DNA of 64,000 nt from NCBI GenBank assembly GCA_951406725.2, contig OX597815.1:112096001-112160000 (forward strand). The letters are read 5' to 3'. Source of the DNA: Octopus vulgaris. Lineage: Eukaryota. The position numbers and the translations under genes were made by a program. A model generated the notes under the pieces. The model searched no databases. It saw only the letters and a list, made by a program, of their open reading frames with translations, and was not told the origin of the DNA. Position 1 is the stretch's first letter, and every line of letters starts with the position of its first letter. Positions 39,080 through 51,959 of the stretch are shown in pieces.

Positions 39080-41168
39080 CGACGGGCTTCTTTCAGTTTC
39101 CGTCTACCAAATCCACTCACAAGGATTTGGCCGACACGAGGCTATAGTAGAAGAGAAAACTCGAACCCATGTGGTTGGTAAGCAAGCTACCTACCACTCA
39201 GCCACTCCTACGCCAAAAATATGATGAACAATCTGAATCGATTTTCGGACCTTATTGGTTTCTTATCAGATGCGTTTACTACATTCCGACAGACTTGTTT
39301 GAAATGTATAATTTTCAATTTGACACACAGTCACGGATAAGGGCGCAGATAGTGCATCGATTACCAGCTGGAGACGATGTCTCCTGAGGATAAATATGAG
39401 TAACATTCGTCCTAATCAGGACTGCCACATTATGTTGGAAAAATAATTTTTACTCTAGAGTACTGTTAATGAATGTTTCTCGTTTAGAGATTTGGAAATA
39501 ATTTGTTTTGTATATATGAGATCAGTGACTGTTTCGCTTTGAAAAGTATATATTTCGGAGAGGAGAGGAGACAGACACAGAAGGTCCCAAATTCTTCAGC
39601 AGTTATCGACCAAATGGTAATAATCGACTTCGCACCATTAATGATAAGACTGAGAAATTTCGATTATGGTGGTGTCCACGAAAGACGCGGAGAATGAGGA
39701 CATAGAAAAAACACAGAGTGAACAGAGGAAAATTAAGAGAAGAGAATACAATATAGTATAATATAATATATTTTGCATTTCATTGAATAAGGTATAAAGG
39801 CATAATACCTTATTTTAGTGTGTATACATATATATGTTGTTGTATTGCGGGATGGTCATATTTTACTTCTTTTTTTTTTGCCAAATAAAAACATGCACCA
39901 TATGTTTGTTCTTCACTCGTTTAGTACTGTTCTTATTCTAACTCGTGACCATCTGTGTCTCTTCGACGACAATTTCCGTCTTCGTGTGTGCTCTTGCTCC
40001 ACTCATTTCATTCTAGTCTTCTATGATGTGTATCTTTATGTGCGCATGCGTTTGCGTCCGTGTTTGTGTGTATGTGTGTATGTGTGTGCATGTGTGTGTA
40101 TGTGTTTGTGTGCAGGCTTGTTTGTGTGTCATTGTCCTTACTAGCAGTATGACTTTCTCCATTAGACCCACCTCCCACCATTTTTTCTGCTGCTGTGGCA
40201 GGAATTAAAAGTTTGGTACAATTCGGTATCTCGTTGTGTTTGTGTTTGGCAAGAAATATGCAAAAAAAAAATCAGGAGAATAAGACCATCCCGAAATACA
40301 ACAATATCTGTTTCACGATTTCACATCAGGAATCTTGCAACACAAATTCATATATGCGTGCGCGCGCCTGTGGCTGTGAGTGTGTGTAGTTATATAGAAT
40401 GACATGATGATAGACAGAATAACAGACAGGCAGATGGATAAATTGCATGAACTGATGCATACATCATGTATGTTCGCTAACTTTATTCCCTGCATTCTTA
40501 CAAAGCAACAACATTGAATTACAATTTAACTTCCACGGAATATACGAGTGTGTAAGTGCACGGGCATGATTTCTGATATACTCGAATATATAAGAACTAG
40601 TAAAGAACAGGCAAGTATCTATATGTTCATGGATATGAAAATTATTTCAGGGTGTGTGCATTACTATATATTATTCAGCTTTTATTGATGTGATAGGTGA
40701 AATAAAGAATCTGAAAGAAGTGAAATATGTTCCACAGAGGAAATAATCTGTTTTGTATTCGCTCGAAGTTATTATATTCATATTTTCTATAGTTTTAGAT
40801 TTCTTTGTTTTCAAATATTGAAACCTCTTGAAATATTACTTTTCTCTAACGAAACGAGCAAGAGATTACACAGAGCATATTCCTATCTCTGTGGAATCGG
40901 GTAAAATTCTTATAAACACATAATTTTGTATAACGTCGCAGGTCAAATAGGAGTATACGCATGGCCTGTATACGAGTGGCAATATCTATGCACATTCATT
41001 TTTGGTGCATTGCTATTTTTTCAAGGCAAGGCAATTTATATACAATTGAACTACACATAATGCATTCACTCTGTATCCATCCACTTAACTCTAAATATCA
41101 GACTTCGTACGCAAGTGTGTTATTAGATGCATGTATGTATTCACACGGTGACATTTAAATCTGAATAT

Positions 41169-41240
<72 letters not shown>

Positions 41241-44200
41241 CCTATATATATGTATATCTATTTATTCCTGGGTGTATGTGTATATGAATATATATGTGTG
41301 GGAGTGTGTATGTGGTGGGGTGTATACATCAGGTGAGGGATTCTTGAGAAAGTATAATAACCCATCATCTATCCTAATTCCTGTAACTATCGAAAACACA
41401 CTTTATGAATAAGAAAATTTGCAGTTGTTGCAGCAATTGCATTTAGTCTGGTAGGTATTCCAATATTTACCGTTGATATTCATTCCTAATTCATATATGT
41501 GTATTTGTGTATTTAAGCATGAATAACATATGCATAAATGCGGATTTATCGTTGGGAACTAGCTTTCAATTCATTGTAAATATAGATAGCATTTTATATT
41601 AAGACACGTATGTTGGTATTATTTCACCACGTAAAATTTATTCGAACGTGTGAACACATGTAGCTCTGTATGTGTGATCACAAGTATTGTGTAAAGTGTA
41701 TTTTCGTTCTTATTTCTATATCTGTCAATGAATATCAAAAGCTATACGAAAGTAAATATAACATGTGAAGATATTATATTGAAAACACGGCCCTGTTAGT
41801 GTTCATCCATTCTTTTTATTGATTTTCATATTTCGCTATTTAATCTGCAACAATAAAATGTTGAATAAACAGCGATTGTGGCGCTTATTTGGAGCGTTTT
41901 TGTATCAAGCACCAAGGATCACCAGAATAATGCTGCAATTGATAAATTCATCAAACTCGGGTTTAGAATTTGTTTGAATATTTAGTACAAGTTAATTTTA
42001 TATTTTATTACATGGGATCTGTATCACTACTGATGTTTGAGTTGTATTTTGTTATTTATTAATCTAGTTTCCTGTAATATGTTCAGATCTATCTTTAGAA
42101 GTGTTCCTGGCCTAAAATCACCGATGGTCTCCACTTCGTTCCAATCGTACCTTAGCGTCATTATTCTTCGATTTATATAATAGGTTCCAGGCTCACAGTC
42201 AGTTATGGTAGATATCTAATTAGTTAATATCTAAGAAATGTTGTTTCTTGGGAGCATCTAAACGCGGCCGTTTTCCATTTACATACACTCTAAAAATCTC
42301 ATCTTATGTACTTTTGCACACAGATATACATGTGATTCCGAACTTTGCCCTTAGCAGACACGTTGTCCTTTACACTCAGGAATCATTCGTGACAAGTTTA
42401 GCCACGTTCTGTCGAAAAGAATATTGCGTCTCTTTACAAACGAATAGTATCTCTTCATGTAGTCAATCAAATCAGAAAGGTGATACTGTGGTTTAACTGC
42501 TATTCGCGCTCATCAAGAAGTCTTCCTGCCTTCTTATATACTTGCACATATTTCTGCTCGGCAACACAACTTAAGTGTTTCAATTTTAGTTGCATAATGC
42601 AATTTTCATATTGACAATTCAATGACATATAGATAGGAATTAACCACTATGATATCGATAGGTGGATTAATTTTCACTGTTGCCCTTCAAATTCAGAACA
42701 AAGTTTATACTGAGGCGTATTGTTTCCGAGATACTATATAAACTAAGACATTTTTATTCTTTGCCAAGAAAAGGTAACACCTAATAAGGGTGTTGCTGGA
42801 GTTTTGGAGCAATGTGTTTCTCAGTAGACAATTCCGAACACTTTTGCAAGCTCTGTTATCCCTTGACTTAAAGGGCTTCATTTTAAAGTAAAGCCAGTGT
42901 TCATTCTACCCGCAGATAAATTTCGCAGAAGAACCACACCTGTTAGGGTGACCGTTCTTTTCACCAATCTTCCTGTTTCTGTTGCTGTTGTTGAGGTTTA
43001 CTTTCTATTCTTGTTGTTGCTGTCATTATTGCTCTTGAATTGTTCATTCCCTTGTTTCTTGTTAGTACTGCAGATGTCTTACCTATTTTTTGCCATTCTC
43101 AACCTTTGTGTTGTTTATTTTTTCACTACCAGTATTTTAAACTTTTCAATCTACTATTGCATAATGTTTCTTCTTTTTGGTGTTGTTTTTAGTGCTATCC
43201 TTAGTTTTGTTTCTGTTGTTGTTTTTTTGATTTCATGGCGTGGTTGGTTTCACCGGTGGGACTTCATTCCAGTTCCATGGATATTCTGTGACTCTTAGTT
43301 GGTTTTGTCGATGATAACATGGTTATATTTTCCACATCCCATTGTATTTTCATTCCGCTTGTATTATTGCTACAATGTTGTAGTTACAGTTGTTGTTTCT
43401 GATGCTTTTGGTGGCGATAGGATTATGGATGGTGGTGACCATGTTGCTATCATTATTAATCAAGTTTCGGTTTACCACTTCACTGACATGTTGCATCACA
43501 GCAATACCAGTGTCGATGCAGTTGACACCTAAATATTAGATATTACATTTCTTGGAGAAACCTTCGAAAACGTAATTTTTTGCTATGGTAAGCAACATTT
43601 TCAACGTAGATGGCATCTATGGCGTTACTATTACCAAAACCTACAGGGTTTCTTTTCACAGCTCTTGCTTTTTTGTTTCTTAATAGTATTGAGATGCTTC
43701 TGATCATTTACTTGAACTTGCAACATCATGTTTCGAAGCAGGTGTTTAGCCTAAAGTGTGTAGACCTTCCGACTTATTGAATCCATTTTGTTATGGGAGC
43801 CAAACGGCCAGCATCAAATAGACACAGAACGAACGTGGTAATTTAAAACATTACAAAAGTTAAGAAGAAGTGAATTCTAAAAGCGACTAGCTTTTTTTAT
43901 TCAAGAAGAAAAGGATTCGGAATAAATATGTATCGTACCTTCCTTTACTTTCTTTAGTGTATTTATAATTTGGATATAGTTTAAATGAACTTTTCTCTGA
44001 CGATATTTAAAGATAGTGTAATCACTAACTGAAAAATGTGGTGTACGTGAATAAAAATATACAAAAACTTACTTAATATAACTAATTTAAATAAAGGATT
44101 AAAGTGCAAAATGACTGCGAAAAGAATAGCTTGAATTAAGATTGATTATGTTTGGAGTTGAGATCTGCTTGCTTGAAAATTAGAGGCAGTTAAGTTTAAG

Positions 44201-47079
44201 TAATGTCTTTGGCAATGTGGAACTCTAGGGAATGGTAACCATACAAAAGTTTTTGCGAATTTCTTACAATAATACCCGATCAAGTTAATTTTATTTTGCA
44301 ATACCGCTCTAATTTTACACCATGTTGGAATCTAGTACACATATCGACTTCTGGTTTTGATAAAATTATTATTAGAAACGTTTGGACGTTGCTGATTCGA
44401 TACTGAACTTATTTGACATCAGATGCTTTCGCACCAAGTGATTTTGTTACCGTGAAAATTAAATTTTTATTCTGCTTAACAACTTCTAACCAAAGCCACC
44501 GTACTACTCGACTACTAAATTTCATTTAGCTTTCAGCCCCTTTTTAACATTTTATGAAGGCTGGTAAAATATTGACAAAGCGTAGAAAAAAAAATGTCAC
44601 GCAATACATTTTCATTAGTCTTTGTGAAATTTAGCAGAAATGACAGTGAATTTAGATTTGGTGCTATGAGCTGAAAAATTGATTGAAAGTAAAGCTGCTT
44701 AGAGAAGCTAGAAAATTTATCAAAATGTTAAGCAACAAATTGCCTATGAGTTTAGGTAAACAATAAGATACTAGAAGGAAATTAAATAAGGGAATAATAA
44801 AAGTTCTTGCGCTCCTAACTATTGGTGTAAACGAATGTTTGTCATATATTTCAAGCTAGTGTAGCTTCTATTCCCGGTAGAAGTTATACTGGCTTGAAAT
44901 ATATCGTATTCTTTAAAGAAAGAAATACGAGAAATAAGTTCATTAGACAACGGTTCTCCCACACATTTACAGCAATTAGGTTTGGCAGAGCGATAGAAAA
45001 TATCTACATAGACAACCATCCTGAAGATTAAGATCCAGATAAGGCTTGATCACCTATCACACAATAACTAAATATATGTGTGTGTATGTATGTATGGATA
45101 TGTATATGTACATATATATATATATCCATTAATAGGTATACAAGAAGAATTTTTATTGTGTGATAGGTGGTCAGGCCAATTGATTGGATCTTAATCTTTG
45201 CCAGGGTTGGCTGGCACCAATAGTTTAGGAAAGCATGATTGCGGTTTTCAGACTGTGTATTCAATAGTGCTTTTTGATTCCTTTCTGTGTATTATTCATA
45301 TTATTTGGGTAACAGAATCTAAAGTAACTCAATCTATACCATATGAACTTTTGAACAACAAACAATGCATCCCCTACATGGGAACGCCAAATGTTGAAAT
45401 AAAGAGAATCCAATTCGACACCCACTTCAATTGTTTATGGTTTTCAACAAGGTGCACGCATTGCCACGAATGAATTATTATTTTGTGTACAATAAAAGAA
45501 TGTCATGCATTTAGAAAAAACATATATAAATGGTTGTGGTTGGGTTGCAGGGAAAGCAACCAAAAAAAATAATAATTATTGACCTGAATATTTGGATGCT
45601 CTACATTTCGATTTGTCCCGAGATTTTCAGACTTTATGCAAGTAGATTAAAGCAACTATGCTGATCGACAGACAGTCGAGGAAATGAAAATGTGACCAAA
45701 TATTCCTTGACGAAATATGAAACCTTTAACAAAAAAAATTTAAAGAGGGACGACAGCATGCAGAAACTTAATAGAATATTCCCGACATTTCCTCTATGTG
45801 TTGTAAAAGGCGGCTAAAAGACATTGAGCTTATTTTGCTGTTGGATTCGCTTTCAAATCATCACTATCAACGACTATCCAAACAGACTCATCATATTCTC
45901 TCCTCCGGGGAAGTACTTCGACGGACTAAAAGATAAGCCGCTTGAGGCAGTTGGGGCAAATCGGTCAGGAACTCCATCCACAAAGAGTGAAAATTCTATA
46001 GAAGAGGATGGGCAGAGGGTTGTCACCTGAATTGTGCAGGGGTATCATCCACAGAAGTAGAGAATCTCATCTCGATCTTAGGAGGGCTGTTTGTGAGGAG
46101 CCCAGGGATGTTCCCACTTTGAGGTCTTATTCTCATCTGGGCTTGACGTCTTTCAAAGTCTGCCGTTTGTGAGTTGCTGTAGAGGCCCTATCGGAGGTAC
46201 GTCGGCGAAAGAGGAGTAACATCGCAACCAGTGTTTACAAATACTACTTGCCTGTGTGCCCTAATGGCTTCGGTAGCAATTTCAGTGGCGGACTCCCTGG
46301 TTACAACGGTATCAGGTGTAACTCTGTCAACAAGTGTATTATGCGACCGAGGGTTTGAAATCTCAGGGCTTCATTTCCTTGGTTGCAGTGTATTCCCCGA
46401 CTGCTGTGAGTGCGCTCTCATAGAAGATTTTAGCGCATTTACCTGGGCTGGCTGAACGGTATGTTAGAGCCTTTTCGGTAATTTGAGGTCTAGTACGATG
46501 AACGAAGATGGTGTAATACTCCAAAGCTTTAGCAAAAGCCACTTCGTATAGCTTTTGGTAAAGGAACTTGGATAAAGGCGCCTGCAATGCGAAGGACAAA
46601 AGGAACTCGTATTACTGTCTTCTACTACCAACGTCCTCAGCTGTATCGCTGGACTTGTTTTTGCGGCAAAGAAAATTGAGCCTACAGAACTTCAATATAT
46701 TTTGGAGTGCTTTCTTCATAGGAACCTTGCACATGCTTATTCTGGCTGCGTTGAGATTATGATTAATGTCTAGAAGGTTGGTTGGACCCCGTCACAGACT
46801 GGATGTCAGCATACTCAAAGACAACAGTTATAGCAAGATTTATTCGTGGCAACTTTGGTCTGTGCTACCTGGATCTGGTCCCACAAATGCACCTGTGAGA
46901 ATGTGGGTTACAGTGATACTCTGCTTTCCACTAATAGGGACGCATTTTTCCAAACAAGGCCCGAAAACACTTCCTTTCCAAGGACACCCTCGCATTGGTT
47001 GATTGCAGTCACAAAGAGAGATGGGTGTGAGTGGGATGGGTGTTGAATTGCTTCGGAGGTTATGATATGTGATTTTTAG

Positions 47080-48815
47080 AGCGCTAAGTTTTGACAAGGA
47101 AAAGCAAGTTCGCGGAGTCTGTGAGAAAGTCGAGGGTCAGTTTCAGTCTTTATTCAAGTACTGCCTACAGAGGAATCGCTATCCTTATAAGAGCAAAGCC
47201 TCCCTCCAGGTGTTTTTGAATCGAGACTCTGATGGAGCACTCTTGATGGAGGAGTCCAATGTTGTTGGACGCTGGACATCGCGTTTTGAAGAGTATTGTA
47301 AGATAGACCCTCTAAGTAATATTCTTAATACTATGATATCTTCAGCAATGTTCACCCACCTGCAAATTTTCTGTGGTACTCATTCCGAAAACGAAGTTTG
47401 CACGGCAATATATCAACTGAAGGGAGAGGAGGTAGCTAGTGTTTGTGACATTATTAGGGTGATTATCAAAAAGGTAGGCTTATTACAGTCTTGTTTTGGG
47501 GAGATCATCTGCTCAATCTAGAGAAGTGGAATCGTGCAGCCTGACTGGAAGAATGGCATAATTATCCCTCTCTGGAAAGGTAAAGTTGATAACCACGACT
47601 GCAACAATTGTAGGATTGTTTAACTCCACTCAATGTCCTGTAAGGTCTATGTCATCGGTATACTGAACAGTGAACAAAATCATCTGCTTACCCCTCTGCA
47701 GCCGGAGCAGTCAGATTTCACGAAGGTTTCGGTAGGTGCCGCTCGTGGCTTACAGGGACCTCCACAAAGGTTTTACGTTAGTGGACAGGCATGTACTCTG
47801 GAGGATGCTGAAACTGCGAGGTATAACATCAGGACTGATTGGGCTGATAGTGGCATTCTGCACTAGAACAGTGAGATGAGTTTGGATTGGTGGCTCAACA
47901 TTTGACTCTTTCTCTGTTCCCATTTAGTTTGTGCTTTGACTCCCACTCTGTTCAATGCCTGCATTGACTTGATACATGTATGAATAGTGGCTCGATTGAT
48001 GAAACTTGTATTACTGGTTTCGATTTTGCTGATAATGACTCTTCTCACTGAGTCTGTGAATCGCTTAAGGAGTTCTTTCATTTCACTTAGTAAGGAAGTG
48101 GAACCACTTGGATTTAGAGTTTTCTGAGTCAAGACAAAGGTCCAAGCTTTTTTGGCTTTCTGGAGGACTCAATCACATTTGTCTCTGTTGCATGTACGAA
48201 TGTTGACTGTTTCCCTTATCTCGGCCTTGAAATCCATAGTAGCATTAGCTGCAAGTCGGAAGACTTAAAAAGACTTGGGTGAAGTGGCGCATTTGTACAC
48301 TCAATGGACAAGGGTCTTTGGCGATTCTGACATATAAGCAGGAGGGCAAAGGTTTGGTTCTTCAGGTCTCTCAGTCCACCCTGACTTGTTGTATAGTTAC
48401 GTGACTTGACACTGTTCATGGCCCTTAGGAGACGCCTGAACTCCTTTGGAACCAAAACACGTTTCGCAAGATTAGAGCTTTCCATTTGTTGAATTTTGTA
48501 TCCAACCAATCACAATACTCAAAAAATGGTATGCGACCTGTTAATTGTATTATTGAGGAGCTTCAGTTCAGGCTGTTTGGTCGTATTGAGCGATTTTCCA
48601 TGTTACATTCTCTGTACCGTGTTCTCTTCTCTGAGACTCATGCTGGGGTGAAGGTCGGCACAGGTCATATGGTTATTGCAAGGAGAAAGTATCTCGCCGA
48701 GGTGGAAACTGATTGGAACACTGCTCAGGGTGTTTCCTTGGATGACCCGAGCGAATACCTATAAATTATGGATGCAACCACGCACTGAATGGTGTATATC
48801 CCCACGCATGGCCTA
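47080..48815 (+). mobile_element. RTE-clade LINE, 5'-truncated decayed RT
   Basis: DGALLMEESNVVGRW..FEE, PDWKNGIIIPLWKGK...CNNCRI, LFNACID, DFADND, FPYLG, QFRLFGRIER. Confidence 0.85.
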
Positions 48816-48859
48816 ATATTGTCACTCTCTACACATCTTCCCCACCTTCCCCAACTCTG

Positions 48860-48901
<42 letters not shown>

Positions 48902-49156
48902 TTATGAGTACGTTTTAATTTTTGTATGTATATTGAGTGGGCACGTGTTTGAAGCAATCGGCATCTTTCAATATATTTCCATGTTTTCTTTTGTATTAGG
49001 ATGTTTTCCTTTATGAGTATGAGAAGAGCAGAAGTCTTAACGTCAGCCAGATTCAGATATTACATTTTAGAATGCATCTCTTTAACTCTCTTTCTCTGGA
49101 TCTCTCAATATAACTATCTATCTGTCTATCATTCTATCTATCCCTCTCTTTACCTG

Positions 49157-49250
<94 letters not shown>

Positions 49251-49251
49251 C

Positions 49252-49330
<79 letters not shown>

Positions 49331-49367
49331 CAGACAGACGGACAGACAGACAGATAGATAGATAGAG

Positions 49368-49460
<93 letters not shown>
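49157..49460. repeat. (TA)n(GATA)n compound microsatellite
   Basis: Directly visible. Confidence 0.97.
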
Positions 49461-49479
49461 TAACAGAGTAAGCGTATAT

Positions 49480-50020
49480 ACGTGAAAAAATTTGAGAAAA
49501 ATAGTACTCGAATACCAGAGGTAAAGTAATATGCATTATTATTAAAGCTGCATGTATATCTCTAGTGTCTGTATGTGTAAGTGAACATTGTATGTATGTT
49601 AATAACGTGTGCTTATATCTTTATGCTGTTAGATTTCTGTAATTAAATATCATTATAAACAGACTTACATTTATTAAATAAAATTTATTTTACAACTTAT
49701 TAATTTACTTCAGGCATATATGATTTTTCCTTCTAACTAAAATTGTTTTTCTTTTTATTTAAGGTTTCCTTCGATTTTGCTGCACAGGATTTTTCAGCCT
49801 TTTATGCACGCCATCGTTGCGTCGAAACACGTTAGTTGAAAGGACCAATGAAACGAAACCAGTTTCAAATGTGTATCTGTCAATGTAAATTGTGTATTTA
49901 TACATATAATCTTCATTTTGTTCCATTGTCAATGAAAACTCTCAGACGAACGGAACGTGAAACTATGAATAGTATTTTTTTGTGTGTGATAGTATTGTGG
50001 TGTTATGCAGCATTAATAAT
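49480..50020. mobile_element. PLE pseudo-LTR remnants with two degenerate HHR-like motifs (49792-49841, 49937-49975)
   Basis: TTTCAGC...ACGC..GCGTC-GAAAC-ACGT-UA-GTTGAAA and CAGACGA-ACG-GAA-CGT-GAAA. Terminal motif is shared with 9985-10045. Confidence 0.45.
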
Positions 50021-50695
50021 CATGTGTGTGTGTGTGTGGAGAAAGAGAGAGAGAGAGAGGGGGGAGAGAAATAGAAAGGTAAATAGCTAGATAGATATTA
50101 TCGCACGCTTGTGGGAGATGTACGTGTGCATGTGGATGAACCTATCATATCCAGAGCTCCCGTCGATAAATACGTCATAAGCGAAACAAATTTTGCTAAC
50201 AACAGTCGTGCCAAATGACTAGTGAACAAACAGCTGAATTGAATTGTCCCACCCCGACAAATAAAGTATCAGCTATGTACTGCCGACAAGAGAACCAGTT
50301 ATAAAACTTACCCAAACTTGGAAAATTATTACAATTTTTCCTCCTATTCATTGTTATATCTTTAATGATTTAAAAGATGCCTTGGACTACCGCTCGTATT
50401 ACGCTACTCTGCATTTTACTGTGCATTTTAAACAACAAAAATACGAGTAAATAGGTAATAAACTCATTGATATTTAGCATAAACATATTACTTAAACTTT
50501 GGAATTTTCAGGTATGTATACACTACGTATATCATATATGGCAAAGCATTACAACAGAAATTCTAGAATGCTAAGAGCGGCACAAATAGCTATCGAATAA
50601 CAGCTCGTAACGCACACAAAGATGGAAGGTTAACAATCATCTACATATAAAATCACTGTTGTTGCCACGTAAGCGAGATAATGTATCCTCGACAG

Positions 50696-51001
<306 letters not shown>

Positions 51002-51959
51002 GCTACACGTCCTTGCTTTTTGGAATGTTTTGTTACATATGCGTTCGCATATTGTACGTGTCTATTTGTGTTACAGGCTTGCATAACTGTGATTTCACCT
51101 GTTTTTATGTGCTACAACATAAACCAAGTTCAATTATCTATTTTCTTTTCAGCATGCTGTTACTAATTGATATGTCTGTCATTTTTTATGACTCTGTTTA
51201 TGTTATATATAGGTAAGCTATCGGCATTGTTGTGTTTCTGTTAGTTAAGTTTTTTTTTCGTTTCCAATTCTTTGTTATTTTGTTATCTTCTATAAAAGAC
51301 TTTTGTCACCAGCTCCTTAAGGTTATACAATTATAAATCCTATACACTTCTAATTTAATGATATTTTTCTTCTTCAACAAATTCCTATTCATCATAACAC
51401 CTTTTGCGCTTTCTCTTTTTCTCATAATTTTTCTGTTTTGTTGTTGCTGTTGCACATTGGGAATTTTCACAAAAGGGGAAAATGAAAACTAGAATATTTA
51501 TATCTCTGTCTTAAAGTTAATGTAATTATCACTGTAACAACTACATTATAAATATCTATGCTATAGCTATTTTAAATGCAATAAAATACTTCATAGAAAT
51601 CTAATTAATTAATCCATTAAGTTTCTTATGCATAACTATCTTATATTCTTCGTATACAAAACTTGAGTTAAATAAAACTCATATATAAATTTCAAAGCTC
51701 ACGTTTCTGTAAATTTCCTATATAGTTGTTATTTACTTATTTACGTTGGCTTTACACTGTGTCGTTCTCCTGTAACTGATCTACAAACTTAACAAAGATT
51801 AAAGCATAATCATATTCACAATATATATTTTCTTACTATCCATCACACACAGTAGTGTGTGATTGATATTCATGTATATATATATATATATATATATAGA
51901 TATATAAATTTAGATATGTTTCGATCAAAGATTGGTCCATGCCATGCCTAACTTAATAG

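Larger units (their letters stand above)
34585..39214 (-). mobile_element. tRNA-derived SINE split by the PLE2 insertion (head 39080-39214, body/tail 34585-34800)
   Basis: Minus-strand head GGCGTAGGAGTGGCTGAGTGGTAG...GGTTCGAGT carries A and B boxes. The internal (TA)n hosts PLE2. The tail ends in (GTAAAAGA)-type repeats. Confidence 0.8.

Noticed and set aside
39160-39214. tRNA gene
   Set aside because: The A/B boxes belong to a SINE head and there is no full cloverleaf.
42000-43560. Possible decayed retroelement or membrane-protein-like ORF (42897-43298)
   Set aside because: Low-complexity T-rich sequence. Only a faint 'NLS' resemblance to PLE N-termini on the minus strand, which is insufficient.
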